A stretch of 64,000 bases of DNA from Cystobasidiomycetes sp. EMM_F5 (lineage: Eukaryota): contig JBPGPT010000026.1 in assembly GCA_051047955.1 (NCBI GenBank), forward strand, positions 1-64,000, written 5' to 3'. The notes beneath the pieces are model-generated. The model was not told where the DNA came from. It worked only from the letters and a program-made list of their open reading frames with translations, and did not search any database. Positions 12,343 to 25,086 of the stretch are shown one piece after another; the stretch's first letter is position 1; each line of letters begins with the position of its first letter. A program made the translations under genes and the position numbers.

Positions 12343-13789
12343 CTTGAAACCTTGGCTGCGACGTGTGCAGCCCGTACGTAAGTGCTAAATTAATAACCTG
12401 TTCAAGGTTCTTCTTAATGAGTCAAGTTGACTTTCCTCTTACCGTCATGCTTAATGTCGCTTGAACTACTGAAGAAATAGCACTGGCTGGAAATGAAATA
12501 GATGCATCACGTCTGCAGTACCGCCAACAGTAGATCGTGGTTAATCTGCGAAATTTTGCCTTCCCAGACGTGATGAGCCAGCTTTCAGTCTTTGGACAAG
12601 GGAAATTTACATCGTGTCCGCTTCTGCATGCTACAGATGGGTCTATCGAGTAGAGTCCCTGAGTAATTAAATCGTGTCTTGCTGTAGAGTACAGTATCAT
12701 AATTCCTTTAGCGCTTTGCCTGCCATGTTCAGGAGTCTGCCTCACTTGATTGCACACCTCTCCGACCTCCGAGTCTTGACTGCCATGCTGATCGTCTATA
12801 CTACTATTCACCGTGATGCTTCGCAATATCTGGCGAGTGCGCTCAGCGCGGAGCACCAAGATGGTACATGGCCTGCGAAAGCCTCTCGCTGTCTACATTT
12901 TGGTCTAGCCCTGGCATGAAGGGGCCACTGCGGCCTGGGCAGCAATTGGACAGAGGACAGTCTTGATGGAAAGCTCTTCAGGCGGTATTGTGGGACATGT
13001 GCTGATGAGGACGATCAACAGCTGCCAGGCTGACAGGACAGCATTATTGACTTGCGAGGTGTCTTGACAAGTTGCCCTCTCTCAACAGATGCATAGCGAT
13101 GTCTCGGTACCTTGCGAGCTGACACACTGCCATTGATCTGCTCCGCTCGCTCTCGAGCGGCCTGACAGCTTCTGGAATTGGGAAATAACGGAGCGCTGCG
13201 TAAACATGAGCGGATGAAGGTACGTGCATCATAAGAGTGCGCTGACAGCGCTGCTGGTGATGGGCACTTTTATCGCAGTCCCGCAAATTGTTGCATAACC
13301 CAGCCGACTCAAGAGGACCACCGCTCGGTGCGCGAAAGCAAAACTACAGTAACGTATCGAGACGACGTTCCGCACATGCAATGCTCGTCAGGATGGGTAT
13401 GAAACTTTACGAAAGTAAGCTCTTGATCTGTCAAGTGCATCGCTAACAACGCGGCGCATCAGATTTTCACCGGCTGCATGAATGCATGTCTCCAGTGACA
13501 AGCGCATGTATCGAGAGAAAGCATATTGCAGTGCAAACTCCTTATTGTGGAGCGACTGACTAGCTTGTTAACTCGACGCGCAGGCTACGTCGCAAAGTTG
13601 GGCAATGTTTAAGAAGCCTTCTCGAGCACGGACCCGGCTTGCGTCCTGCAGACTACGCACAGACCTGGCATATTCGAAACGCATGTATAATACATGACAT
13701 TGTTTACCAAGATCAACAGAGATTTGCCTTTATCTGAGTCCGTCTGGATAACTTCGCAGTTTTGAGGCATATTGTGCTAATACATCTGA

Positions 13790-14020
13790 TTCACGCAGGT
13801 CAGCGCGCAATCAGCACAGGACACGCAACTGTCTGCCGAAAAGGAGCGGTAGCCTGTGCGCGCACAAAAGCGGATCGTCCACGTTCGAGGGTCTTGAACT
13901 CACGCTGCTTCCGTCCTTCCAACTCTTCCGTGACTGCCCACCTCCCTCCTTCGCCGACAATGGCATTCAGACTATCGCTCCGTCTCGCTTCACAAACTCC
14001 GCCGAAGCGTATAGTGTCGG
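13790..14020 (+). repeat. Duplicated upstream, 5'UTR and presequence segment, copy 2
   Basis: Direct-repeat partner of 10960-11190. Confidence 0.9.
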
Positions 14021-15215
14021 TTGGAGTTGGAAGCCCGAACGGACGCTCTCTGTGGACACGCCCGCCCACCGTACTTTCTCGCCCTGCGAATTGTACCTCA
14101 AGCGGGGTGAACCACTCCTTGGCACCCCGTCAATCGCCGATGCAAGGTCTCACACAGAAACTTGCGCTGCGGACGATAAGTGTAGAGTCAGCTGGGCAAT
14201 CACCCGTGCATCTCAGCGCATTACAAAAAGGCTTGCGCATAGGAGCTGCACTTGCATTTTTGGCAGGGGGTTTTGGCTGTTTGACGTTGATAAGCGAGCA
14301 CTACGTTACCCTCAAGGAAGAAGCGGCTTTCTTGCAGAGTGCTTCTCTGCACGCTGCCGTAGGAGTCGGAATCTCCGTGACATCCATTGTCGCATTGGCA
14401 AGTCTCGCAAAGACCCGCTCGATGATGCTCAACTTCCCCATTCGATTCTCATTGCTCGTTTGTATACCTGCGATTGGGTCTGCAATGCTCCTGAACCAAA
14501 TCCCGGGCGACAAGGCGCCTTTGCGTTACCTCTGGTGGGCCGCAGAAATGGCAGCTCAGGGTGCTGTGTGGGCCCCGCTTGTGTGAGCCTTGTTCCTGCG
14601 CGATAAGCCGGCACCAGACTGATATGGTGGTGGCTCAGCGTCCTCATGGGTCCTGCAGCGTTTCCTCTGCGCATTCCGGACTATTTGATGGGCGCAGCAG
14701 CGTCTCTGGTCTGCGTTGGTCTGCACGCTCGCACCGAACAGACTTTCACGTCCGGTACTCATGTTACCCTTGCCGCATCCGTGGTCGCGCTCTATCTCTT
14801 AGCGCCGGTTGTTCTGCCCGTAGCTTCTGCGGCAGTCGTTGCGGGAGACGCAGTCTACTTGTATTTCGGCACTGGAATCGCTGCCTCCCTGTACGCAACC
14901 TAAATTACACGTCAGGGCAGGTGCATACTGACCACCATTCCGGTATGTCCAGAATGTCGAAGCATATGACGTTTGTGCTCCAGGAATTCCGAGAGCCTGA
15001 GAGTGTGAGCAATTCTCGTCATATAAGCCACGAAGATGTACCGGAAGACCAGCAGCTGTCACACGTATGGACTTCACGCACAAACAAGCGCAATCCACTC
15101 GATGCTTCGTGAGTCCGAGCCTTGGTATGCCAGGCAATTGGGAAGCGAAATTGACCAAACTTATGTTACGAACGTCAGAGGCAGATTGAATCCGATGTTT
15201 CTGAGTGGCCCTTGA
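13960..15215 (+). CDS. GHITM/MICS1 (TMBIM5)-like mitochondrial membrane protein, copy 2 (diverged)
   Basis: MAFRLSLRLASQ presequence; EEAAFLQSASLHAAVG, LRYLWWAAEMAAQGAVWAPL, LAPVVLP, VYLYFGTGIAA and KRNPLDAS. Three GT-AG introns give an open frame to TGA at 15213-15215. Confidence 0.7.
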
Positions 15216-15533
15216 GGCGAGCTCTGGATTACATTGCCTGGATGAATGAACCGGTGTGATCTATAGCTGTCAGCACAGTAGTTATGGGATTGTTATGAAT
15301 GATAGCCTCTGCAATCTTAGTCAAGACCTGCAAATTGATACTCGAAGACACATGTTCAGTAGATAACCACAATTGGAGAGTGTTTCAGGATGTCTCGTGT
15401 CTCGTGGCTTGCGTATGGAATGTCAGTGGCAGGGACTGGGATTCACCGAGCCAGCCCTTGACCGAGTTTGCTCGCAGACACACCCCAACTCGAAAGTACC
15501 TACTGCTGCTGGCAACCGAGATCCACCGCATCA

Positions 15534-17227
15534 ATGGTCAGGCACCCGTTGGCAGCGGTGCTCACATCGCTCGTCTTGCTGTCGGTCGACCTTGTTTACG
15601 GCGTCGAGCTGGGAGCCCGACAGGAGCAGAGACCGCTGCAGCTGCACGATGAATACCAGACAAGACGACGGGCAGCGCACGATATTATCGGGATAGGAGC
15701 CCATCATCACGCACTTGACCGGCGGCAGAGCAATGCAACAAACAGCGGAAATGGAATATCGCTGACTGGCATAAACGACGGCATCAGCTTCACATCGCAT
15801 AGCGTGGAGCCACCGCCGAGCAGCACGACATCCGTAAACCCGCCCACGTCGGCGACGCTGCCCACCAGCAGCCTGCCAGTGACCACTTCGAGCACTCCAT
15901 CGCTGCCGCCACCCGTTCAATCCAGCCAAACATCGTCAATCACGGCCAGCTCGACTACCAGCAGTACGAGCAGTGCTCCGTCGTCCTCGTCCAGCTCATC
16001 CACTTCCACGTCCTCGACTACCTCGACCACTTCGTCCGCTCCGACTGCCCGCCCGCTGGGTCCATCCACCATCATTATTACCACTACGCTCGAAAATGGG
16101 TCTGTTCTCACTTCAGCCTCGATGGCAACCCAATCTGCAGGAGCATCCGAGGATTCGAGCGGATCCAACTCGAAAGCGTGGATTATTCCGCTCAGCGTCG
16201 TCGGTGCGTCGACTCCTTCATGATGACCCGCTCAGACTGACACATTCAAATCACGTGACCCATCTACGCGTCGCATTGTTTACCGTCTCATGAAAATTCT
16301 GCATGCATATTCTACACGCGAATATCGCTGCGATGCTCATGCAGGAGGTATCGTCGCACTTGCAGGTATCCTCTTTGTCGGCTACCGGTGCACTCAGCAG
16401 CGATTCAGTGAGCTGGACGACGACGATGGGCGCGGCATCCGCTGGCCAGAGTTGCTCAAGAGGAACGAGGAGGAAATAACAACGCTCAACCCACTCAGCA
16501 CAAAACGGCGCGAAGGAGGAGCTGGCTTTGACATGGACGAAACAAAGAGCATCATGTCACATCGGGCAGACAGTCCGAGTGAAGGCTTGATTGGAGCCAC
16601 GACGGCCAATCACGTAGGGTCAGATATTATGATCAACAATACGGAACACTTTGCAGCTGCTGGTCTCGGCGTTCCCGGCCGAACAATGATGTCGCGACAG
16701 CCGAGCTCGGCAGGCTCCTCGTCAAGCCATCTCGGCAATGGAGCTGCCTACTATGCCTCACCCCAACCGGGCTACTGTGAGTGTTGCGCCATTGCTGAGT
16801 GACCAGATGACTGATCCTTGGGACTACTTCACACCGTACAGACGATCCCCACCTGGGCTTGTCCGCTGCGCCATACCCACCACCGAGAGCGCTGTCGCCT
16901 CAACCACCAAATGCGTACTATGACGCGAATGCGTACGGACAGGCTTCCAACTACTACCCTCCGCCCCTCTCGAGAGCTGCGTCGCTGTCACCCAAAATCG
17001 GGGGGCGTGGACAGATGATGGGCTCCGCGTCGCCCGATCTGACAATTACTGCGTCGGAGCCTTATGGGCATCAACACTCCAACAGCAGCGCCTCGGAGCT
17101 TATGACCATGACGAGGCCTCTATCGCCCAGTGTGGTGCATGATCACGCCAATCTTCGTCCTCATCTGACAGAGTCTCAACCCAATTTCAGGTTGAGCATT
17201 GCCAATCCCGACGGAGATGACCGATAG
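15534..17227 (+). CDS. Ser/Thr-rich type I membrane protein (Mid2/Wsc-like cell-wall sensor architecture)
   Basis: Signal peptide MVRHPLAAVLTSLVLL, long S/T tract, a TM helix (WIIPLSVVG|GIVALAGILFVGY) split by an intron, and a Pro/Tyr-rich cytoplasmic tail ending RLSIANPDGDDR. Confidence 0.75.
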
Positions 17228-17505
17228 AGAGATTTGGCTATGCTTGTCCGCGCACATTTCACGCACCTGCCGCGCCAATTTTAGCTGTTGATGTCATCAC
17301 TACTGCACTCTGTTGTCTCTTTAGCCGCACTCCGTTGAGCATTATGCATCCATCTAGAAGTTGTACCCGCTCAGCAGCATTTCTTTGATGTACATTTAGA
17401 TGTGGCAAAAAGCAGTCGCGTCCCACGACTTTGCAGCCCATGCCGACATACCAATACTAATTGGAGTTTGCGCAACCTCAGGACATGGCTACTGCATAGC
17501 CAACC

Positions 17506-20500
17506 ATGGACTATGATCCCGTGTCGACACTCAAGCGGCCCTACAAGGCTCAGCGGCCCGTACTTCTGGCCAGCGGTGGGCAGGGCAGCGACGGTAGCGG
17601 CAACAGCAAGCGACAACGTTTGAGTGAGCTGGGCTCGACGTCCACGTCGGTGTATCGTGATGGAGAGACTACGGGATACGAAGACGATGGATCGGAGCAG
17701 CTGCTTCCATGGCAAGGTGTCGGGAAACATCAGCCAGTCAAACTAATGTCGGCAGGTTGGTCTGCTTGCCTTGTGCCGTTGCTCGAGAGACTGACTTTGC
17801 TGATTCGGCACTCCTGGAGCTCTATCTTCCCTCACCAACATCTCCAAGCCTGCGCCTTACTTTCCTCTGACCGTCAATAACAAGGCTAACGATCCGAACG
17901 TACGGTCAATCAACGACACCAGGCTGTGTTATCAGGTGCGGCTTCTGGTATAATCTCCCACGGGAAGAGCTAACAGGCCTCTGTTGTCATTGTCTTCCCG
18001 TTGTCGCTGGACAGGTTATGTGGTAAGTCGTGCAACTTCGCAGAGGAGATCCGCGCTGATCATCATCACCCAATGAATCAGGCGAAAGCCGCAAAGCAGG
18101 AAAAACAAGACATGGGATGGCGACGGGATTCTCTGCCTGAATGGCGACATTGCTCAACTGAAAGAAAAGGAGAGTGGTCGCGTGTAAGTAGCCGCATGTG
18201 CGACGGCTACATGTCCGCTTTGCGCTAAACACCGAGTGTGGTCGCTGCTGGTCAATCAGCTTGTCCACTGGCAAAATTCCCGAGAGACGATGTTGGAACG
18301 GGCAGGTCCTCGCTGTCGGAACAAAGGAAGTTGAAGTAAGTAATAACGAATCAAATCCGTTTGGCCGTCAGCAAGCATCCGCTTAATGCCAAAAACAATC
18401 AACAACAGATTGATAGTGAAATCCCTTACGAAGACTACACCGCAGGAGCCTGCTTCTCCACAAAGTATACTGCTCCCTCTATTGCCCCTGATACGGATCC
18501 CGACTTGTCCAGAGCACCGCTCGCGTCGTCGATAAACAATTTCTATGGCCCCAAGAAATCAATGCCCGGATTCGGTGAGAATATGCATCATATCCGCTTG
18601 AGCATGCTGACGTTGCCGCTACCAGTTCCGCCAACGATGACCAAGTCTGCCTATGCATCTACCCGTGTTGGCATGCCTCTTCCCAGTAAGACTGTAGATG
18701 TAGCAACTCCCCCAAAACGGCACGAGACTGTCTTGCCCCCGTCCGCCAAGCTCGCTACATCTGCACGCACTAACGTTGCGACGGCAGGCTTCCGCAAGGA
18801 TAAAGTGCCGACGTCGTTCTACACACTCACAGAGGATTCCGTTGTCATGCCACGACCATCGGCCGCCCATCAACAAATATACAACAAGAAGAACTATCCC
18901 ATCGTCGATGTCGTTATTGACCCGATTATGGGTAAAAAGCTTCGTGCACATCAAGTACAGGGTGTCAAATTTCTCTACGAATGCGTCATGGGGATGCGTA
19001 CAGAAGGCTGTGGAGCCATACTAGCGGACGAAATGGGTCTCGGCAAGACATGTCAATCCATTGCTCTCATTCACACCCTTTTGCGTCAGACACCATACTT
19101 TGGAGGTACTCCTATCATTCAGCGCGCGGTCATTGTATGTCCAGTGACTCTGGTGCAGAATTGGGCGAAAGAATTCGTGAAGTGGCTCGGTCCCGATCGT
19201 CTGAAGGTCTTTCGTGCGGATGGTAAGAACGACTTGGGACAATTTCTCCGCGGCCGTCACTATCCTGTGATGATTATCGGATATGAGAGGGTAAGTGCCG
19301 GTGACTTCGTATCGTCACAGTCAATGCGCTCATAGAGCGCTTCAGTTGCGCAACGTAGTAGACCAGCTGAAGAGCTGTCAACCACCGATTGGCCTGATTA
19401 TTTGTGATGAGGGACACCGTCTCAAGTCTGCAGGGGCGAAAACGACCCTTGCCCTCCAAAGTCTCAAGACTCAGCGGCGCATCATTCTGTCTGGCACCCC
19501 AATACAAAATGACTTGTCCGAATTCCACGCCATGGCAGATTTCGTCAATCCAGGACTGTTAGACTCCTACCAAACCTTCAAGAAGTAACCTTGATGCTTG
19601 TCATATCGAGTCAGCAGGCTGATACGCAGTCGCAGAACCTTCGAACAACCCATTTTGCGATCTCGAGAGCAGAATTGTCCTCCAGACGCGAAGGAGCTCG
19701 GAGAGCATCGTGCCGAAGCCGTAAGTGTCGTAACGTGCGGAATAGACACTTCGATACGTACGCCTGAGTATGCCCCGCAGCTACATCGACACACAGCAAC
19801 CTTTATTCTCAGGCGAACATCAGACGTAATCGCTGGCTATCTTCCGCCCAAATGCACGTCTTGTGACCACTTTGTTTTCACACTCCGTAAGCTGACGGCC
19901 CCTTTTGCTGATGCGCAGCGGAATATGTCGTGTTTGTAGCGCCATCGGAACTGCAAAAGAAAATCTATAACTACGTCTTCACTTCCCGCCAACTGCGTTC
20001 GACTATCGCGAACGGTCGATCTCCTCTCAGTCTTTTGACGCTCATTCGAAAGGTGTGCAATTCACCAGGGCTTCTCATGCCACAAGCGAGGGTGTGTGCT
20101 GCTTATCCAGGCTGCAAAGTTTGCCATTCAGACTGAGAGCATGCTTTTCAGAACGAAGATGCCGCCACTGCGTCAGATGAGCTGCTCGACGAGATAGTAG
20201 CTCTGATACCTGACGGCACTCGTCACACCGATCCCCAAATCTCAGGTCAGTCATGCTTCGGCCGACATGGGCGTTGACCAAAGCCAAAGGCCTTTACCGC
20301 CAACAGGAAAACTCCAGTCTGTAGAAAATCTCTTGCGCACACTTCGTGACGGCAACGAGGAAAAATGCGTTTTGGGTACGCTTGGAAATATTAAGCAGAG
20401 TACGTGAGCCCACGCTGACCTCGAACCCGAAGTCTCCAATTTCACCAAGAGTCTCGATCTCTTACAAGCTATGTGCAACAAAAATCGATGGAAATATTGC

Positions 20501-21940
20501 AGACTAGATGGGTGGGCTGAAATTACAATGGAGGTGGGTATGCTTAGCTCATCGACTGCTGCAGATCAACCAAGACCAGCGATCGCCAGGCTATTGTGGA
20601 TCGGTTCAACAGGGCTTTTCCAGACGATCAGTGTAAGTTTGGCGGCTTTCGTCTCTTCAGCATAAGGATTTAGTATGTCTCGCAGTCGTATTCCTCCTCA
20701 GCGCAAAGTCGGGAGGAACAGGTCTGAACATCATGTGTGTAACGAAGCTGCTGACAAAGCTATGTATATTGACACGTATCGTCGCAGCGGTGCATCAAGG
20801 CTTATCCTCTTTGACGGTGACTGGAACCCGAGGTGTGTCACATAACGCAATAAAAGCAATCACTCGCTAAAGTAAACGCACCAGCACTGACCTACAAGCC
20901 ATGGCCCGCATACATCGCGTCAGTGACCGACCCCTCGTCGTTACCGCAATGACAAGATGAAGCTGACGATTCACGGCCTGCGTCCTAGGATGGTCAACGA
21001 AGGCCATGTTTCATCTATCGCTATTTGACGACCGGCACTATTGATGAAAGTTGGTCTACTTTGTTTTACATGAATCGAGCTTGTTTCACTGAGTATCCCA
21101 TAGAAATCTTCCAACGACAAATCACGAAAATGGATCTCGCAGGTTCAATGATGGTGAATAATTTGGCATTGGACCCCTTAAACTACTACTCACGCTCAGT
21201 AATAGGACGGCGCTGCTGGAAAGAGTGGCGGAGGCGGGAAGGAAGACACATTTTCAGCAGCAGAAGTATGCAAATGTGATAATCCCGCCAGACCGCAAAT
21301 CCATGCTAAGGCTGTAATTTGACAGCTTCGCGACATATTCACAATCAAAGACAGCACAGCATGTCAGACTCACGAGCTGCTTGGCTGCGATTGCAATCCA
21401 AGCACAATCTCAATGGAAACGGAAAATCCAAACGAAGATTTTCAGGATCCTCTGGACACTGACGAGGAGTTGCCAGACATCAGGACCGGCATCATAAAAG
21501 CCAGCCAGTACTCCAAGACTGAGGAGGCAAATGTAAGTGCAAATTGTGCGAATGGTGATACCAGTCCGACTATCTTTGGCGCAGACGGCCCGTGCACAGA
21601 AGAAGTTAGCAAAACTCAAGGAATGGACGCACGTCAACACCGAGCGTGACAAGGAGGCGGCACTGGAGAACATTGAAGACGATGTCTTGCTAGCGACAGT
21701 CCGCAATGGCATGGACGAGTTGAACCGAGCAATGGCGAGACTGTTTCAAGTAGATCATTCGGACGACGAGGACGATCCTACATCGGATGAAATCGCCGCG
21801 AGGAGGCGCTTGTATAAGGGAGGAGAAGTCACTTTCGTATTTCATGTAAGCAAGCCCAATTTCTTCCCATTTTTACGCTTCGTATCAAACTGATGTCCTG
21901 GTAGAAAACGTCATCAACTATGCCACCTGCAGCTACGTGA
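17506..21940 (+). CDS. RDH54: SNF2-family DNA translocase Rad54B/Rdh54
   Basis: LRAHQVQGVKFLYECVMG, GAILADEMGLGKT, ICDEGHRLK, IILSGTPIQNDL, RLDG, LSAKSGGTGLN, LFDGDWNP, QAMARIHRDGQ and TTGTIDEKIFQRQ. N-terminal RKAAKQEKQ/WDGDG region is typical of Rad54B. Many short introns. Confidence 0.9.
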
Positions 21941-22157
21941 TTAAGGGAGGAAGTAGAGCGGTCAGTGTAGTACTTTCACATACAAAATTCTGCTGCAATG
22001 GAAGCAGACAGAAGATAGTAGAGCCAAGCATCCGGTGAAGCGAAGTTTCCATATTTAGTGTCAACACCGCTCTCGAGGGCAGTGGTGGCTCCAGCATGCG
22101 AGCTTTTGTATAGTAATGAATGCGTATGATGCTTTCTGCGCAGCCAAAGTGAATCAT

Positions 22158-24645
22158 TCAAAGTCTATCTTCTCGTGTCGTGGATGAATCGGAATCCTCT
22201 GAACTATCGACGGCAGCCTGCCGCAATACTCTAATCCGATCTGCTTGTTTCTTCAAGCGAAGAGACCTGTCATGTTGCTGTTGTGCAGATTTGTCTCGTG
22301 ATGTGTCGTTTATTGACATGACACCACCATTCAGAGATGAAGTCGAGATAAGCTATATTAAGAGTTCGATCATTCGCACCCACTACTACGTTTACTCCAT
22401 TTTTGTTACTTACAGCCTCCGTTTCGAGTCGTTCAAGAAGATCGGACATCTCTGCTTCCCCTTTGCCTTGCAGATACGTTTCAGGATTACAATCTGAAAG
22501 AAGTTGCTCAACATGAGCTTCAAGACGCACGTTCGACTAGAGATTAGGAAGCTTACATTCTAGATTATGGATGTATCGCGATCTGGCTGTCGATATGGTC
22601 GTCTCTGACCTGTGCTTGAGCCAACCCTGGAAGTTTGGAGAGTCCAAAAAGCGTTGATAGAATGCGATTGCTGCTGAGTTGACATTCGAGTCGTAGGTCG
22701 CTATTGAGGGCAATTTGGATCGTTTGAAGTCCAGGGGCTGAACATGGTACGAGAAAGTTCAGCGTCCGTCAGCAAATGTGATGGCAGAGTGTCAGATATT
22801 AAGCCACATACTGTTCCGTGAGTTCTGAGCGATTGTAAAAAGTGATTAGGATTGAATGGGTGCGCCCGTCGTGGTGTAGCCATATCTCCAGAACTGCAAT
22901 GTGGACCAGTCAGGAAGGGTTTTCCGGCAGCATGCTAGAACATGAGCTTACGCGTTATGCGGGAGAAGTGTTGCAAAGTAGCGATTCAAGGGTACCAAGA
23001 ACCTTTCAGTCAACCCTGCCAGCGATCTGAGGAGGACCGCGTCCGCAGCCTGATACACTGTTGGAGCGGTGGCAGGTACAATTTCAGCCAAGAACGTCAA
23101 AGGCTACAGTACGAGGGCTCTTACAATTCCGACTGATGAGTTCTTGAGCAGTCTTGAGTGCCTCCCTATCCTTCCTGACGGTCCGCTTGTAGATGGTCCG
23201 TAGACTGTGCAGCTTTGTATCAGGTTGGATAGCCGATTTGGACTTGTTCAGCGAAGAGTATGCTGTGGGAGGTGCTGTCGATGTTTGAGCGTGCATCGGC
23301 GGAGCAAGGCGAATCAGATGTGGCCAGTGCTTTGCGCCCATCAGGATTAGCGGATTTGTGGCGCCTAGCAACAGACCAGGCCGGGGCTGGAACTCTGCTC
23401 AGTACGGGATAAAGGCGTTGGGTTCGCTGTAAGATAGCTTACCTTGTTGTTATTGAGTAGTTCTGCAAAATCAGGCATGTGAATATGGAATAGAGGACGG
23501 TATGTACCAGAGAAGGGTAGGGGTCGAATGATGGTGATGAGCCAGCGCACTAGTTCTGAGCAGTGTGCAGGATCATGTGCATAGACGAGTAACGGATCAG
23601 CGAGAACGACTAGTTCCCAGACCAGCCAGACCTGGTCGATGAGATCAGGACCGAGCAAGCGAGATAGAGGGATGTAGGGTAATGATGCCAGTAGAGGAGA
23701 CGATGTGAGATCTGGAACGAGCGTTCGAGTATTTGTGAGCAATTGGAACTGAGCTTGGTTTGGCAAGGGTATTTCTACATTGATGACGTGACCGAGAAAA
23801 GCGAGTTCGAGTGACGAGCCGGGTGTGGGAGGCGGCCAGCGGGACATGTTGAGAATGCCGGCCTCTACAGCCGATGGTGTCAGTTTTGGGGCAGTGGAGG
23901 ACGCAGATGAGGACAGGGTTCCGAAATATAGCGGGCCGAGGAGACTGATCAGATGTGTATACAAGCCAGAATACGATGCGTGGTGGGTGAGTATGACGAG
24001 GGACTGCTGAGCATACCCTCGACGGCTTGTAGGGTCGCGACGCTGACTAAAGTAGCAGTAGCCTTGGAGGATGTGCTCTCTTGCGTTGTCACCATCCACC
24101 TGCGTCGGCTTCTGGGAGATGGACCATGAGAATGTACTTGACGCATCTCCTTTGCCGTTGTGGTCTGGAAACGACGAGAATGCGATTGCCTGCGACTCGC
24201 TCGGGGAAAAGGACATTGCGGGGAAGCAGTTGTCCAACTTTGGTCCAACGTCGAGGTCAAAGTTTACGACGGCGATGCCTTGAATCCATTCGCTGACGCT
24301 GTGGAGGAGCTCCGGGGGCAGGAGGGTCGTGGGAAGGGGTGCTACGCGGGGCAGATGGGCTCGCTTCACGTCGACTGGCGACACCCTGCTGCCTGGGGCA
24401 GTCGACGAGCTGCCCGACGAGTACGAGGAACTCCGACGCAGAGGCAGCTCTGGGCGCAGATACGACGACGACGGCGACGAAGTATCGACGGGCATGGGCG
24501 ACGGTAGCCCGTTCATGCCCAGCCCCAGGTCGCCGACATCGTGGTCTGGCGTTTCGCTCGCCCGGCGCAGGATGAGCGGCACTGGCGTCCAGGCTCGCCG
24601 TATCCCAGCAGCGGCGTGGGCAATGGCATTCTCAGACGATGGCAT
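22158..24645 (-). CDS. DENND6/Afi1-like DENN-domain protein
   Basis: AVVNFDLDVGP, AFSSFPD, GYCYFSQRRDPTSRRGYAQQSLVIL, WELVVLADPLLV, YRPLFHIH, LGATNP and KHWPHLIRL. Confidence 0.85.
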
Positions 24646-25086
24646 GGTCGACGAGCATCTCGAGACGCGACAACGAGTCGAAGCCCGTTCAAACGGGTTG
24701 TACTCCAAAACAGTCGACGAATAAAAGCACGGTCGTGATAATGTTGTTGATGCATTTTATTTCACTATGCAGCCATTAGCCAGCTTTGCAATTGCACTCG
24801 TTCAACAGTCTGTTGCTTTTCAATTGCCGTCGTCGTTGTCGCAAGGAACATTCTCGTTTCAAATGGACTGATCGAGCTCATTAATCAAGCTTCAAGACTT
24901 CGACCCTCTGCCTGCTGTCATTACGAGTGCCTACTTAGCTTGCACTGCTGCTACACACCCGCAGTCATTGGCTGAGCCTGCCCCTGTCAAATAACAACAC
25001 CCAAATCAACGCCATCCCCTGGCTCATTCAAAATTTCGACGCCCAGACGTCCCTTTTACACGTAACCGCACTATTCATACTCACAA

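Noticed and set aside
24846..24860. GAAcaTTC upstream of YDJ1 as a heat-shock element
   Set aside because: Only two nGAAn units; the third is mismatched, so it is not distinguishable from chance.
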